This document shows, piece after piece, positions 54,405 to 64,000 of a DNA stretch of 64,000 nt. The stretch lies in the NCBI GenBank assembly GCA_002328865.1, contig DCWO01000072.1:8458-72457 (forward strand), in the 5' to 3' direction. This stretch comes from Dehalococcoidia bacterium UBA2160 (GTDB lineage: Bacteria > Chloroflexota > Dehalococcoidia > Lucifugimonadales > UBA1123). Numbering within the stretch: the first letter of the stretch is position 1; every line of letters begins with the position of its first letter. A program made the position numbers and the translations under genes. The notes below the pieces were generated by a model that had not been told where the DNA came from, did no database searches, and saw only the letters and a program-made list of their open reading frames with translations.

Positions 54405-57400
54405 CTACATCGTGAGGCGCTTGTACAGGTACAGCAGGCGCTCTGGCAGGTCGTAGATGCTGTCCAAAACCTCGTAACCCATATCGGCGGTCATGGTCTT
54501 CAAGTAATCGTGTCCGTTTTTGTCCACCGTCAGGCAGAAAGCGTTGATGTCCTTGCGCTTCGCTTCGTCCAGGGCCATTCGGGTGTCGTGGACCGCGTAC
54601 TCTTTCTCGACGCCTTCCCGGCTGTAACCTCGGTCCTGGGGCCGGCCGTCGCTGACCAGGAACAGTATTTTGGTTCGTGCATCCTGTTTCTCCAGTTTGG
54701 TCGTTGCGTGCCGAATCGCAGGGCCCATCCTGGTGGCATGCAGGGGCGCCACCCGATCGATCCTTTTCTTCACACGGTCTGAGAAGGCTTCGTCCAGTTC
54801 TTTGATCGTATAGAACTCGACGTTCTCGCGACCGTAACCCGAGAAGCCGTAGATGCCGTAGATGTCTCCGATGGCTTCCAGCGCGTTGACGATGAGGACG
54901 ATGGCCTCTTTCTCGACATCGATGATGCGCTTGTAGGAACGCCTGGCCGCCTCTCCGCGACGCGTTCGGAGCCATACCATGTACTCCACCGGGTCGTCCG
55001 GCGCGTCCCAGTCGTCGGCCGTGCGCTTGCCTTCGTCGATGGCCTCGGCGGTGGAGGCGCTGGTGTCGATCAGGAACGCGGCCGCGACGTCGCGCTGCAC
55101 CTTGTTTCTGCGCCAATAGAACTTGTCGCTTGGGCTGACCCCGGTCTTCATGTCGACCATGGCCTCGATGACTTCGTCGATGTCGATCTCTTCGCCGTCT
55201 TCCAGTTTCCGGACCCTCCGGAACATCTCGGGCACCATCATCTCGAACTGCCGCCTGATTCGGGTCACGAGTCCGCCGAATTCATGGAGCGTGGCCCCAT
55301 AGAAGGCTGGGTCGCCTTCTTGCATCGTCTTCTGGCGCACAATGCACCATCGTGGCTTGTAGTCGTCAGCCCGGAAGTCCCACTCGTCATAGACGAAGGT
55401 TTGCGGCTCGTTGGCCTCCAACTCCGCGCCTTCCTCGTCGACGTGTGTGAACGGTCCTTGGCCGAACTCGGGGTTGTCCGGCAGGTTCAACCCAGCCTCT
55501 TTCAGCAGGTTGTCGGCGAACAAACCCTGCGAGTTCTGGATGTCGCCTTGAACAGCCTGAAGGTCCAACTCGGCGCTGTTTTGCAACAGCTCTTCGAGTT
55601 GTTCTTGAGTAATCGGGTCGCCGGACGCATCGCCGACAGAGTCCTGGTCTTGCATCCTGAGTTGGCTGAGCAATTGGACGAGCTCGGGTTTGAAGTCGCC
55701 TCTGAAGTCGACGTCTTCGGTGGACTCGTAGTCCTGTTCCGAGTCCGGCCGCATCTCCATCTCCATTCCTTCGGCCATCTGTTGGAGAAGCTGTTCCATC
55801 TCGGCGGGGTCCATGTACTGATCGTCGTCTTGGTCCTCGTTGACGTCCACGTCCTCCCAGTCTTCGGGAGGGACTTCTTCGTTGGGGATGGCGGCGATTA
55901 TCGCGTAGATGCGCATCGTCGCCTCGGAGGTGTCTTCCACCGCGGCTTCGGCGCTGAGCACCCGTCGAGCGATGGCTGTTATCTGCTTCGCCTGATCGAC
56001 GTACTCCAGCGGGGCAGGGATGGTCTTTTCCTGCTGCAGGCTGAGGCGGACGAGAAACTCAACCAACGCTTCCCGAATCGGGAGCGACTGGATCTCAGGG
56101 CGGTTATCGTTCGAGTCCTGTTGGACTCGGTCGTAGGCGCTGCGGATGCCGGGGTATTCGTACTTGACTCGAAAATCGAGCCGGCCGTCTTCCACGACCG
56201 TGAACACGTCCAGCGCCAACTTCCGGTCCTCGAACATGTTGAAGAACCGCTGCATGTCCGTGATCCACGCGCGTTCGAGTCCCTGTCCTTCGCCGTCGCC
56301 TTCGGTCTCGCCTTGCACCGCGGTGCTTGATGGCTGGGTGCGGCTTTGCTCGAGCTCGGCCCGTCGGTCTGTGAAGATTTCGGACGGGCGGTCAAACTCG
56401 AAGAAAAAGCTGCCGAACTCGAGGTGAGCGACCTGGTGGGTCGACACAACCTTGAACCACGAGAAATTCTCGGGCTTGCTCTGGTACCGGTCCACGACAC
56501 CCGGGACAAACACGGTCGATCCTTCGGTAGACGGAGACTCCGCCGACACCCAGCCGATGTTTTTGTCGACCAGGTCCTCGGAGGCGGCGAGCTTGATCTC
56601 GGTGCCAGCCAGAGCCCGGCAGTACATCTCCATCACAGGCTTGATGTGGTCGAACTCGACACCCGACGAGAGCGCGGCGAGAGTCGCCTCGGAGTGGGCG
56701 GATTCGATCTTGAAGAAAGCGAGGCCACCGTCCGGGTTCTGTCTCAGGAGGTTGACCCCTTCGTCGAACCATCGCTCGACCTGATTGATGGACAGTCGGT
56801 CCATAATCTTCGAGCAGCCTTTGATGAACTCGGGCACCGCGATCGGCGACTCTTCCATCAGGGCTTCGGCCAAGGTCAGAATCCTGGCGTGGTGCTCCGA
56901 GGCCACTTGGGAGAGCGCTTGCGAGGTCTCGAGCATCACGTTGGGGATGTTCGTTCCGCCAGCCTGGACCTGCCGCTCTGCGATCTTCAAGAAGCGGAAG
57001 CGCTGGTCTTCACCGATCTTCGGCAGTGCCTTCGCGCCGGACTCGAAGAAGCTTTTGACCTCGCGCCAGCCGGAATCGACCAGGGCGGTGGCAAGGCCGA
57101 TGAACGCCGTCTTGTCCTCGCCGATGAGCGGGAATATCTGTTGACCAAGCGCGAGGCATTCCGCCGCGAGGTCGTACGACCGGCGCGACAGCTCGTCGAG
57201 GAAGCCCACGAATCGCTCCAATTCCGGGAAAGAGAGACTCTCCATTAGCGCGGGGCTGTAGGCGAAGAACTTGCAGGCCAAAGTGCTGGACTTCCACGTC
57301 CCTTTGTAGAGGCTGCTTCCCAACTTCGCCCAGCTCTCGATATGCCTCGACCGGAGTTGGCTCATCGCCTCCGGGCTGGCTTCGAAGTACGCGGTGGCCA

Positions 57401-57698
57401 GGGTAGGGGATTCGCCGCAAAGCTCGGTCCCGCAGACCGTCCATCGCATGAAGTAATTAAATGGCATGTACGTCAGCACTTGGGGACTGACGCGGTAGTA
57501 CTGGGCCGCCGCCTCCCAGGATCGTACGGTCTGTTCGGCGATCTTCAATCCGGCTGTCGCCCATTGTGTAATCGATTCGTCGTCGAGGGTGGCCGGCATC
57601 TGTGCGTGGGCCTTTTCAAACTCGTCGGTCACCGGCGCGGGAAACCGCCGGAAATGTTCCTGCATCTCTTCGAGTGTTGTCGCTCCTGTGTTTTCCAC
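54405..57698 (-). CDS. Giant CbbO/NorD-like protein with C-terminal von Willebrand factor A domain
   Basis: 1097 aa. C-terminal VWA with MIDAS FLIDTSAST...SDG, a central ~120-aa acidic low-complexity insert, and a helical N-terminal half as in NorD/CbbO adaptor proteins. Confidence 0.8.
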   Translation of the reverse strand: MENTGATTLEEMQEHFRRFPAPVTDEFEKAHAQMPATLDDESITQWATAGLKIAEQTVRSWEAAAQYYRVSPQVLTYMPFNYFMRWTVCGTELCGESPTLATAYFEASPEAMSQLRSRHIESWAKLGSSLYKGTWKSSTLACKFFAYSPALMESLSFPELERFVGFLDELSRRSYDLAAECLALGQQIFPLIGEDKTAFIGLATALVDSGWREVKSFFESGAKALPKIGEDQRFRFLKIAERQVQAGGTNIPNVMLETSQALSQVASEHHARILTLAEALMEESPIAVPEFIKGCSKIMDRLSINQVERWFDEGVNLLRQNPDGGLAFFKIESAHSEATLAALSSGVEFDHIKPVMEMYCRALAGTEIKLAASEDLVDKNIGWVSAESPSTEGSTVFVPGVVDRYQSKPENFSWFKVVSTHQVAHLEFGSFFFEFDRPSEIFTDRRAELEQSRTQPSSTAVQGETEGDGEGQGLERAWITDMQRFFNMFEDRKLALDVFTVVEDGRLDFRVKYEYPGIRSAYDRVQQDSNDNRPEIQSLPIREALVEFLVRLSLQQEKTIPAPLEYVDQAKQITAIARRVLSAEAAVEDTSEATMRIYAIIAAIPNEEVPPEDWEDVDVNEDQDDDQYMDPAEMEQLLQQMAEGMEMEMRPDSEQDYESTEDVDFRGDFKPELVQLLSQLRMQDQDSVGDASGDPITQEQLEELLQNSAELDLQAVQGDIQNSQGLFADNLLKEAGLNLPDNPEFGQGPFTHVDEEGAELEANEPQTFVYDEWDFRADDYKPRWCIVRQKTMQEGDPAFYGATLHEFGGLVTRIRRQFEMMVPEMFRRVRKLEDGEEIDIDEVIEAMVDMKTGVSPSDKFYWRRNKVQRDVAAAFLIDTSASTAEAIDEGKRTADDWDAPDDPVEYMVWLRTRRGEAARRSYKRIIDVEKEAIVLIVNALEAIGDIYGIYGFSGYGRENVEFYTIKELDEAFSDRVKKRIDRVAPLHATRMGPAIRHATTKLEKQDARTKILFLVSDGRPQDRGYSREGVEKEYAVHDTRMALDEAKRKDINAFCLTVDKNGHDYLKTMTADMGYEVLDSIYDLPERLLYLYKRLTM

Positions 57699-57707
57699 GC
57701 GGTCTCC

Positions 57708-58322
57708 TTAGGCGGTCCAGTCCCCCAGTACATCCAGGAAATTGGCCAGCACTCGTGCGGTGGCGCCGAATATCACGTGTCCTTCGTAGACAAACGAAGG
57801 GGAGTTCTCAAGTTTGCCGTCTTTAATGCGAATCTCGTCCCGCCGGTTTCTCTGGCAGCGCAGATGGTGGATCGGGGCTTCGATGACTTCGGCCACCTCG
57901 AACCTGCTGGGTGCGAAGTTGTAAGGATACGGGATTGTGCCGACGAACGCACTGATGAGGAAGTTGGAGATGGTCGGCATGTCGTCGAGCCGGCCGAGGA
58001 CTTGCACGTCTCCGGGGAGTATTCCCATCTCTTCGTGTGTCTCTCTGAGAGCCGTGAAGAGAAGCGATTCGTCTTCGCGGTCCATACTGCCGCCAGGAAA
58101 TGAGATCTCGCCTTTGTGGTGCTCAACCATTTCGGTGCGTTTGTTGAGCAACACGCAGTACTCCCCGTTCTTGGGGTAAACGACAAGCATGACTCCGGCA
58201 GGCCGAAGAGCGCCGTTCTCAACAGTCGCCCTGTCGCTGCCGGCGAGGGTTTGCCTGATCTCCTCCGTGGGTGATGCGCTCAACAAGCGCCTCCGCGCGG
58301 GAGGCGCTCCCGGTCTGAGCAA
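57708..58322 (-). CDS. NUDIX hydrolase (CoA pyrophosphatase-like)
   Basis: Nudix box ISFPGGSMDREDESLLFTALRETHEEMG. TTG start, so the N-terminus is uncertain. Confidence 0.8.
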   Translation of the reverse strand: MLRPGAPPARRRLLSASPTEEIRQTLAGSDRATVENGALRPAGVMLVVYPKNGEYCVLLNKRTEMVEHHKGEISFPGGSMDREDESLLFTALRETHEEMGILPGDVQVLGRLDDMPTISNFLISAFVGTIPYPYNFAPSRFEVAEVIEAPIHHLRCQRNRRDEIRIKDGKLENSPSFVYEGHVIFGATARVLANFLDVLGDWTA

Positions 58323-58341
58323 TCGGGAAAGAAGGTCGAGC

Positions 58342-59256
58342 CTACTCGAAGACGGATGATGTCAGCTCCTCGATGCTCCGCTGGACTGTGTGGTCGTCGG
58401 TCACCGCCCAGTTTACGGCGACCTGGCAGGCGCGCCTAGGTGTGATGCCCTGCTTGATGAGCTGCCCGGCGTAGATCAGCAACCTGGTGCTGGCGCCCTC
58501 GCCCAAGCCATGTTCTTTCAGATTGCGGACTTTCTCTCCAAGCTTCGCGAGCTGGAGCGCTATATCTGCGTCGACTCCGGACTCGTGGGCGACTATCTCC
58601 GCTTCTAGGTCCCGAGGAGGGTAGTCGAACTCGATGGATACGAACCGCTGGCGCGTGCTGTGCTTGAGGTCTTTCAACGCGCTCTGATATCCGGGGTTGT
58701 AGGACAAGATGAGCAGGAAGCCCTCTCCGGCCTCAAGCAACTCGCCCCGCTTCTCCACGGGCAGAATCCGCCGATGGTCGGTCAACGGATGGATCAGGAC
58801 CGTGGTGTCTTTGCGGGCTTCGACGATTTCGTCGAGGTAGCAGATGCCCCCGGCTTTCACGGCCCTACTCAGAGGCCCGTCGATCCAGACCGTCCTGTCG
58901 CCTTCCAAAAGATAACGGCCCACGAGGTCGCTGGCTGTAAGGTCCTCGTGGCACGCGATAGTGATCAACGGCAGGTTGTCCGGTTCGGAGTCATCTCCAT
59001 TGGTTGGTTCGGCGGGTTGCGCATCGGGATTTTGGCTAATGCGCGTAAGTGGCTGCGCAAGACGATAAGACATGTACTCGACAAACTTGGTCTTGCCGCA
59101 ACCAGTAGGGCCTTTAAATATGAGTGGAATCTTCTGCGCATAGGCGGCTTCGAAGAGCTCGATCTCGTCTCCGACCGGTAGGTAGTACGGCTCTTCGGTT
59201 ATGTGGTATTCCTCGATGATATAGCTGCGATAAAGCGTCCTTGTAGGTGAAGTCAT
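58342..59256 (-). CDS. CbbQ/NirQ/NorQ/GvpN-family MoxR-type AAA+ ATPase
   Basis: Walker [10 protein letters not shown], Walker B ICYLDEI, and the family's C-terminal helical domain. A ~35-aa acidic insert follows the first helix. Confidence 0.9.
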   Translation of the reverse strand: MTSPTRTLYRSYIIEEYHITEEPYYLPVGDEIELFEAAYAQKIPLIFKGPTGCGKTKFVEYMSYRLAQPLTRISQNPDAQPAEPTNGDDSEPDNLPLITIACHEDLTASDLVGRYLLEGDRTVWIDGPLSRAVKAGGICYLDEIVEARKDTTVLIHPLTDHRRILPVEKRGELLEAGEGFLLILSYNPGYQSALKDLKHSTRQRFVSIEFDYPPRDLEAEIVAHESGVDADIALQLAKLGEKVRNLKEHGLGEGASTRLLIYAGQLIKQGITPRRACQVAVNWAVTDDHTVQRSIEELTSSVFE

Positions 59257-59274
59257 CTGCTGTGTTCGCTCTCC

Positions 59275-59877
59275 TTAGGTCTGGCTCGGGGCCCTCTGGC
59301 GCCAGGTGTCCTCGACGTGTTTCCTCAACTCGTCCAGTCCCTGATCGTTGACGATTACTGCGTCCGCGTGCGAAGCTCGCTCTTCCTGAGACATCTGGCT
59401 CGCGATCCTGGATCGTGCGGTCTCCTCGTCCATGTTGTTGCGTTCGCGGAGGCGAGCAATTACGGCGTCCTCCGGCGATGTGGTCACCCAAATTTCATCG
59501 GCCAGCGGAGTCCAGCCGGCCTCGATCAGTATCGCTGCCTCGACGACGATTCGGTCGATGCCTTCGCCGGCCATCACGCCGATTCGCTCCTTTATCATGT
59601 CGAAGATGCGGGGATGCATAATGGCGTTGAGCCGGTCCATCGCCTTGGGGTCCGCAAAGACAATCGGTCCGAGTTTCCGCCGATCGATCTCCCCGGATTC
59701 TGAGACGATGTCGCTGCCGAAGGCGTCAACGACATCGTTGAAGGTCTGAGTATTGGGAAGATAGGCTTCGTGACCGACCAAGTCGGCGTTTATGATTGTT
59801 GCGCCCAGTTCGGACAGAATCTCCGAAACTTGGGTCTTGCCAGTGCCTATGCCACCTGTGAGGCCAATAACGAACAT
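59275..59877 (-). CDS. coaE: Dephospho-CoA kinase
   Basis: MFVIGLTGGIGTGKT P-loop and CoaE-length (200 aa) colinear motifs. Confidence 0.9.
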   Translation of the reverse strand: MFVIGLTGGIGTGKTQVSEILSELGATIINADLVGHEAYLPNTQTFNDVVDAFGSDIVSESGEIDRRKLGPIVFADPKAMDRLNAIMHPRIFDMIKERIGVMAGEGIDRIVVEAAILIEAGWTPLADEIWVTTSPEDAVIARLRERNNMDEETARSRIASQMSQEERASHADAVIVNDQGLDELRKHVEDTWRQRAPSQT

Positions 59878-60183
59878 GTGAATTTCGCCACCCTAGAAAA
59901 TTCAACACATTCTACAAGAGGCGGCGAAAGCGGGTCAACCTGGCTGGCCTCCCGAAGACCGAGTTTTCACGCCCAATCTGCGACGTTTCAACCGGACCCT
60001 TGAACCCGCGTAGGCGACAAGCCGTAACTATTGCCGAATTCGATGGTGTCTCACCATTCAACGCACCATGGTCTGACGGCCATTAAACAGTGCTCCGTCG
60101 CAGCGCTCCGGTTGTGCGTGATCAGCAACGGTGCTAAGCTGTTTTATCGTCAGCAGAGAAGCCCAGCCACGCATCCAAAATCC

Positions 60184-60627
60184 ATGGGGACCGTTCTTTT
60201 GCACCTCGCAGTCGACGGCTATGGCGCCGATCCAAATGCCCTCCGGGACGAAGATCTCATTCTCCGTTTTCTGGACACGTATCCGGACGAGATAGGGATG
60301 ACCAAGATCATCCCCCCTCAGGTCTACACGTATCATGGCAAGAAAGCGGAAGATTGGGGCGTCTCGGGATTCGTGTTGATCGCCGAGAGTCACATAAGCG
60401 TTCACACGTTCCCGGACCGAGGACACGTCAACATCGATGTCTTCTCGTGCAAACCATTCGACGTCTCCGAGTCGTTGGACTCCGTCAGGACCACGTTTTC
60501 CCTGACCCGAACTGATGTCTGGACGTTGGACAGGGGACTGGAGTACTCGAGCGCACGGCAAGCCTACAGCAGCATGGTGCGAGAACGCGTCGGGCTGGTT
60601 GCCAAGGCCAGCGAAGGCGATGGGTGA
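60184..60627 (+). CDS. Pyruvoyl-dependent S-adenosylmethionine decarboxylase-family proenzyme (class 1b, SpeH-like; true substrate uncertain)
   Basis: GVSGFVLIAESHISVHTFPDRGHVNIDVFSC contains the E|S self-cleavage site. Start at ATG 60184. Confidence 0.85.
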   Translation: MGTVLLHLAVDGYGADPNALRDEDLILRFLDTYPDEIGMTKIIPPQVYTYHGKKAEDWGVSGFVLIAESHISVHTFPDRGHVNIDVFSCKPFDVSESLDSVRTTFSLTRTDVWTLDRGLEYSSARQAYSSMVRERVGLVAKASEGDG

Positions 60628-61529
60628 CCAACCCGGGGGACACGCAGCCGCCGGGGACGCACCAGTGGAACACGTTCCTGGACACGCCTCCGGACGAAGA
60701 TCGTTTTGACGACGCCAAGTTCGTTGTGCTGCCGGCGCCTTACGAGACCACGACGTCGTTCTTGACCGGGACTCGAGACGGCCCATCCGCGATCGTCAAC
60801 GCCTCCGCGCAGCTCGAAGACTACGACCTCGAGCTAGACGCCGACATCTCGATCGCGGGAATCCATACGGCCCCGGCGTTGGTCCCGAATCTGCACGCGC
60901 CTCAGGCGATCGTAGAGCAGGTCGATCAGGTCGTCGACTGGGTCGCGGCCGGAGGCAAGATTCCGGCGCTGCTCGGCGGTGAACACACGGTGACCGTCGG
61001 TGCGGTCAAAGCGATGTCGCGCCGCCACACCGACCTCTCCGTACTCTATTTGGACGCCCACGGAGACCTCAGGGACAGTTACATGGGGACTGGCTGGGGC
61101 CACGCGTCCGTTGCGCGCCGGTTGCTCGACGTCTGCCCGGTGGTGCACGCCGGCGTCCGGAGCATATCGGCGGAGGAGCGCTCGTACATCGACGAGCAAG
61201 CCCTTCCAGTCCACTACTGGCCACCGATTACTGGCTTAGACGATTACGTGAAGGCGGTCGTCGACGCGCTAGCCGCCAGCGTGTACGTGAGCATCGATCT
61301 GGACGTTCTCGATCCCTCGATCATGGCCGCGGTCGGGACCCCGGAGCCCGACGGAATGGACTGGCGCCAACTCACTCTCTTGCTCAGGAGGTTGGGCCAA
61401 CGACGCCGAATCGTCGGATTCGACGTCGTCGAGTTGTGTCCGAGGGCCGGTCCCCCTACCTGTGCGTACACGGCTGCCAAGTTGGTTTACAAAGTCATGG
61501 GATACTCTTTAGCTTTCGACCAAACGTAA
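60624..61529 (+). CDS. speB: Agmatinase / ureohydrolase family
   Basis: GGEHTVT, LDAHGDL, SIDLDVLDP and GFDVVE Mn-binding motifs. The GTG start overlaps the upstream stop (GTGA). Confidence 0.85.
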   Translation: MTNPGDTQPPGTHQWNTFLDTPPDEDRFDDAKFVVLPAPYETTTSFLTGTRDGPSAIVNASAQLEDYDLELDADISIAGIHTAPALVPNLHAPQAIVEQVDQVVDWVAAGGKIPALLGGEHTVTVGAVKAMSRRHTDLSVLYLDAHGDLRDSYMGTGWGHASVARRLLDVCPVVHAGVRSISAEERSYIDEQALPVHYWPPITGLDDYVKAVVDALAASVYVSIDLDVLDPSIMAAVGTPEPDGMDWRQLTLLLRRLGQRRRIVGFDVVELCPRAGPPTCAYTAAKLVYKVMGYSLAFDQT

Positions 61530-61611
61530 GCCCATGATAAGATTACTGCGACCTGTGGCCGCGCGTCAGACGCAGGCTGCGCGAAGCATCAGAATCGAGA
61601 GGCATTGAGTC

Positions 61612-62802
61612 ATGGCGACTCCGAACAAGCTGATCTACCTGGACAATGCGGCTACCACCGCGGTCCGGGAAGAAGTGTTGGATGCGATGTACCCGCACTT
61701 CGGCGTCAGCTTCGGCAACCCATCGGGCATCCACGCAGTCGCGCAAGAGGCCAGGAAGGCCGTAGATGAGTCCCGAGAAACAGTCGCCCGCATCCTCGGT
61801 TGTCGCATCGGCGAGATTGTATTCACAAGCGGAGGCACAGAAGCGGACAACGCCGCAATCAAAAGCGTTGCGCTCGCCCTCCGAAACGTTGGCAACCACA
61901 TAATCACGACCAGCATCGAGCATCATGCGGTGTTGCACACTTGCCATCAACTCGAACAGTTCGGTTTCGAGGTCACCTACCTGCCGGTGGACTCGCAAGG
62001 GTTGGTCGACCCGGACGACGTTGTGAACGCAATCACCGACCGGACAATCCTCGTTAGCGTCATGCTGGCTAACAACGAGATCGGAACGATTCAGCCCTTG
62101 AGTTGTATCTCGAACGCAGTAAAACAGGAATCGGACCGGCGAAACAAAAAGATCGTGCTGCATACCGACGCGGTCCAAGCGGCCGGTTACCTGGACCTGG
62201 ACGTCGGTCGGTTGGGCGTCGATTTGCTGAGCCTGTCTGCGCACAAATTCCATGGGCCCAAGGGCGCCGGCCTGCTGTACGTGAAAAGGGGCACACCATT
62301 CGAGCCTCAGATCATGGGTGGAGGGCAAGAGAGAGAGCGTCGGTCGGGCACTGAGAACGTCCCTGGCATCGTTGGCCTCGCACAGGCCCTCCGGCTGGCA
62401 ACCGAGGAACGCGAGTCACTCTCGGCGCGGTTGGCGCCGATGCGAGACCGGATCATAGACGGCCTTCGGGCGAATCTGGATCGGGTCAGGCTCAACGGCC
62501 ACTCGACCCGAAGGCTGGCCAACAACGTGAACGTCTCGTTTGAGAACGTCGAAGGCGAACCGATACTGCTGGGTTTGGATCTGGCGGGCATATGCGCGTC
62601 CAGCGGGAGCGCCTGCTCGTCAGCGTCTCTCGAACCTTCTCACGTGTTGCTGGCGATCGGATTGGACGCGAACCTGGCACAGAGCAGCTTGCGCGTCACT
62701 CTCGGTCGCGACAACACGGAGGAGGACGTAGACTATCTGTTGTCGGTGTTGCCAGACCTCGTCGTGCGACTGCGCCATATGCCATCGCTATCGGAAGTGT
62801 AG
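61612..62802 (+). CDS. Cysteine desulfurase (NifS/IscS class V aminotransferase)
   Basis: [19 protein letters not shown] (PLP lysine) and the catalytic loop SSGSACSS. Confidence 0.9.
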   Translation: MATPNKLIYLDNAATTAVREEVLDAMYPHFGVSFGNPSGIHAVAQEARKAVDESRETVARILGCRIGEIVFTSGGTEADNAAIKSVALALRNVGNHIITTSIEHHAVLHTCHQLEQFGFEVTYLPVDSQGLVDPDDVVNAITDRTILVSVMLANNEIGTIQPLSCISNAVKQESDRRNKKIVLHTDAVQAAGYLDLDVGRLGVDLLSLSAHKFHGPKGAGLLYVKRGTPFEPQIMGGGQERERRSGTENVPGIVGLAQALRLATEERESLSARLAPMRDRIIDGLRANLDRVRLNGHSTRRLANNVNVSFENVEGEPILLGLDLAGICASSGSACSSASLEPSHVLLAIGLDANLAQSSLRVTLGRDNTEEDVDYLLSVLPDLVVRLRHMPSLSEV

Positions 62803-62829
62803 TAAACCATCGGACAGGAAGCCACACAT

Positions 62830-63414
62830 ATGCAAATCTTTACTGACCGGGCGAGGCGCACAGCGCCGAACCGGCTGACCTCCGTACGAAGCAAGGTCTA
62901 TTTGGCAACGGTGTTCGCCACGTTCATCGTGCTGACCATCACCGGGTGCGGCGATGACGGCATACAATACGCCAAAGGAAGAAGCATCGAGATCCACGCC
63001 ACCAATCCGGTCACCACCGACAAACTTGCCTACGCCGACGGCCTGGGCGGGCATTGGGTGGTCCGGCCAAGCGCTTCCAACCGCGAACTTGCGCTTGTTA
63101 ACGTAACAATCGTCAACCGGACGAGCACCGTGATGCCGCTGTTGGTCGAACCAGACGCCGCTCGACTTGGCGACCGGCGGGGCGAACGCATCCGAGCCGT
63201 CGACCCGTTCGAAACGTCCGCGACTGCCGCCGGGGCGGACGTCGATGAGGACAAGTTCACGCCATTTTTGTGGGGCGAGATATCTCTTGAGCGCCAGATG
63301 CAGGTCCAAGGTTGGATGATCTTCGACGTGCCCAAAGGACTGACCCTAGGCTCCATGTTTTGGGACGAGGTCGATGAAGTTGTAGTCGACTTCATCGATT
63401 ATTTCAGAGGGTAA
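62830..63414 (+). CDS. Lipoprotein, DUF4352-like beta-sandwich
   Basis: Lipobox LTITGC. The V.V.IVNRTS...GWMIFDVPKG pattern resembles DUF4352. Confidence 0.55.
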   Translation: MQIFTDRARRTAPNRLTSVRSKVYLATVFATFIVLTITGCGDDGIQYAKGRSIEIHATNPVTTDKLAYADGLGGHWVVRPSASNRELALVNVTIVNRTSTVMPLLVEPDAARLGDRRGERIRAVDPFETSATAAGADVDEDKFTPFLWGEISLERQMQVQGWMIFDVPKGLTLGSMFWDEVDEVVVDFIDYFRG

Positions 63415-63600
63415 CCTTGCTCCCAGAGCAATCACGGCGCAACACCACGCGACGGGGGAGTGACATCGACCAATCCGGGCTCCGCAACGACGTGCATGTT
63501 CAGCGACGAAACGGAACGGTGAATCTGTTCTGGAAACGCCGCATCGGATATAATGAGGTCCAACGTATGCGGACCCATGAGAAAACCGCTGGAGGAATTG

Positions 63601-63927
63601 ATGGCTCACCCTATTGAAATTACCGATGCGACGTTCGACGAGCAAGTCGTTGGGTCTGACACACCTGTTGTTGTAGACTTCTGGGCCGAATGGTGTGGCC
63701 CTTGCAAGATGATCGCGCCGATCGTCGAGCAACTCGCCGAAGAGTACGATGGCAAAGTCAAATTCGCAAAGCTGGATGTCGACTCAAACCCCCGAACCGC
63801 CATGAACTTCGGCATTCGCGGCATACCTGCGTTGCTGATCTTTAACGACGGCAAACCCGTCGACACGGTGGTCGGCGCGGTGCCCAAGTCGGTGCTAAAG
63901 CAGCGAGTCGACGCGGCCCTCGCGTAA
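63601..63927 (+). CDS. trxA: Thioredoxin
   Basis: VVDFWAEWCGPCKMIAP active site. RBS ggagga before ATG 63601. Confidence 0.9.
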   Translation: MAHPIEITDATFDEQVVGSDTPVVVDFWAEWCGPCKMIAPIVEQLAEEYDGKVKFAKLDVDSNPRTAMNFGIRGIPALLIFNDGKPVDTVVGAVPKSVLKQRVDAALA

Positions 63928-64000
63928 GCTGGCGGTTCGCGGGCGGGCTTCGGCCTCCAGCATCACGCAACTGCCGATCTTCGTAACTTAGACCTGATAG

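Noticed and set aside
54151-56330. ORFs 54151..55116 (minus strand, other frame) and 55284..56330 (plus strand) inside the VWA gene
   Set aside because: They overlap a 1097-aa ORF with clear VWA/MIDAS motifs and have Arg/Gly/His-rich low-information composition.
59878-60183. 306-bp leader upstream of the SpeH-like gene as a possible SAM-type riboswitch
   Set aside because: Only short local hairpins are present (e.g. atggtg-tct-caccat). I could not recognise any SAM-I/II/V or SAM/SAH consensus, so this needs an Infernal scan rather than my eye.

Overview
High-GC (~60-65%) bacterial chromosomal segment, densely coding on both strands. I count about 63 protein genes and found no rRNA, tRNA or CRISPR array by eye. 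Many long ORFs in the six-frame track are antisense or off-frame shadow ORFs typical of high-GC DNA. I called genes by recognisable protein motifs and RBS context instead.

Content:
- (i) A large catabolic paralog region (about 2.4-29.7 kb). It holds luciferase-like/F420-type oxidoreductases, SDRs, two enolase-superfamily dehydratases, amidohydrolases, a gluconolactonase, a PfkB kinase, an IlvD/Edd dehydratase, an amidase with a small GatC/AtzG-like partner, a hydantoinase and an MBL hydrolase.
- (ii) Housekeeping genes: argS, rarA, cinA, coaE, trxA, a CCA-adding-type enzyme and a cysteine desulfurase.
- (iii) Selenocysteine machinery: selA, and a selD that itself carries an in-frame UGA with a SECIS-like hairpin. 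The ORF track truncates this selD.
- (iv) An ABC/GldG/DUF4340 operon.
- (v) A coaE-cbbQ/norQ-Nudix-giant VWA (CbbO/NorD-like) operon.
- (vi) A hicAB module in a lower-GC islet, next to a gene disrupted by a perfect 8-bp tandem duplication.
- (vii) Non-coding oddities: a 173-bp tandem repeat built from hairpin elements that recur elsewhere in the window, a four-helix-bundle gene cassette bounded by perfect 13-bp inverted repeats and heptamer arrays, and a 0.5-kb AT-rich ORF-free spacer.

The gene content (LLM/enolase/amidohydrolase/SDR paralog expansion, ComDE, IPTL-CTERM-like protein) resembles marine Chloroflexota such as SAR202. That is inference only. Start codons are my best guesses from RBS and motif context and may be off by a few codons.
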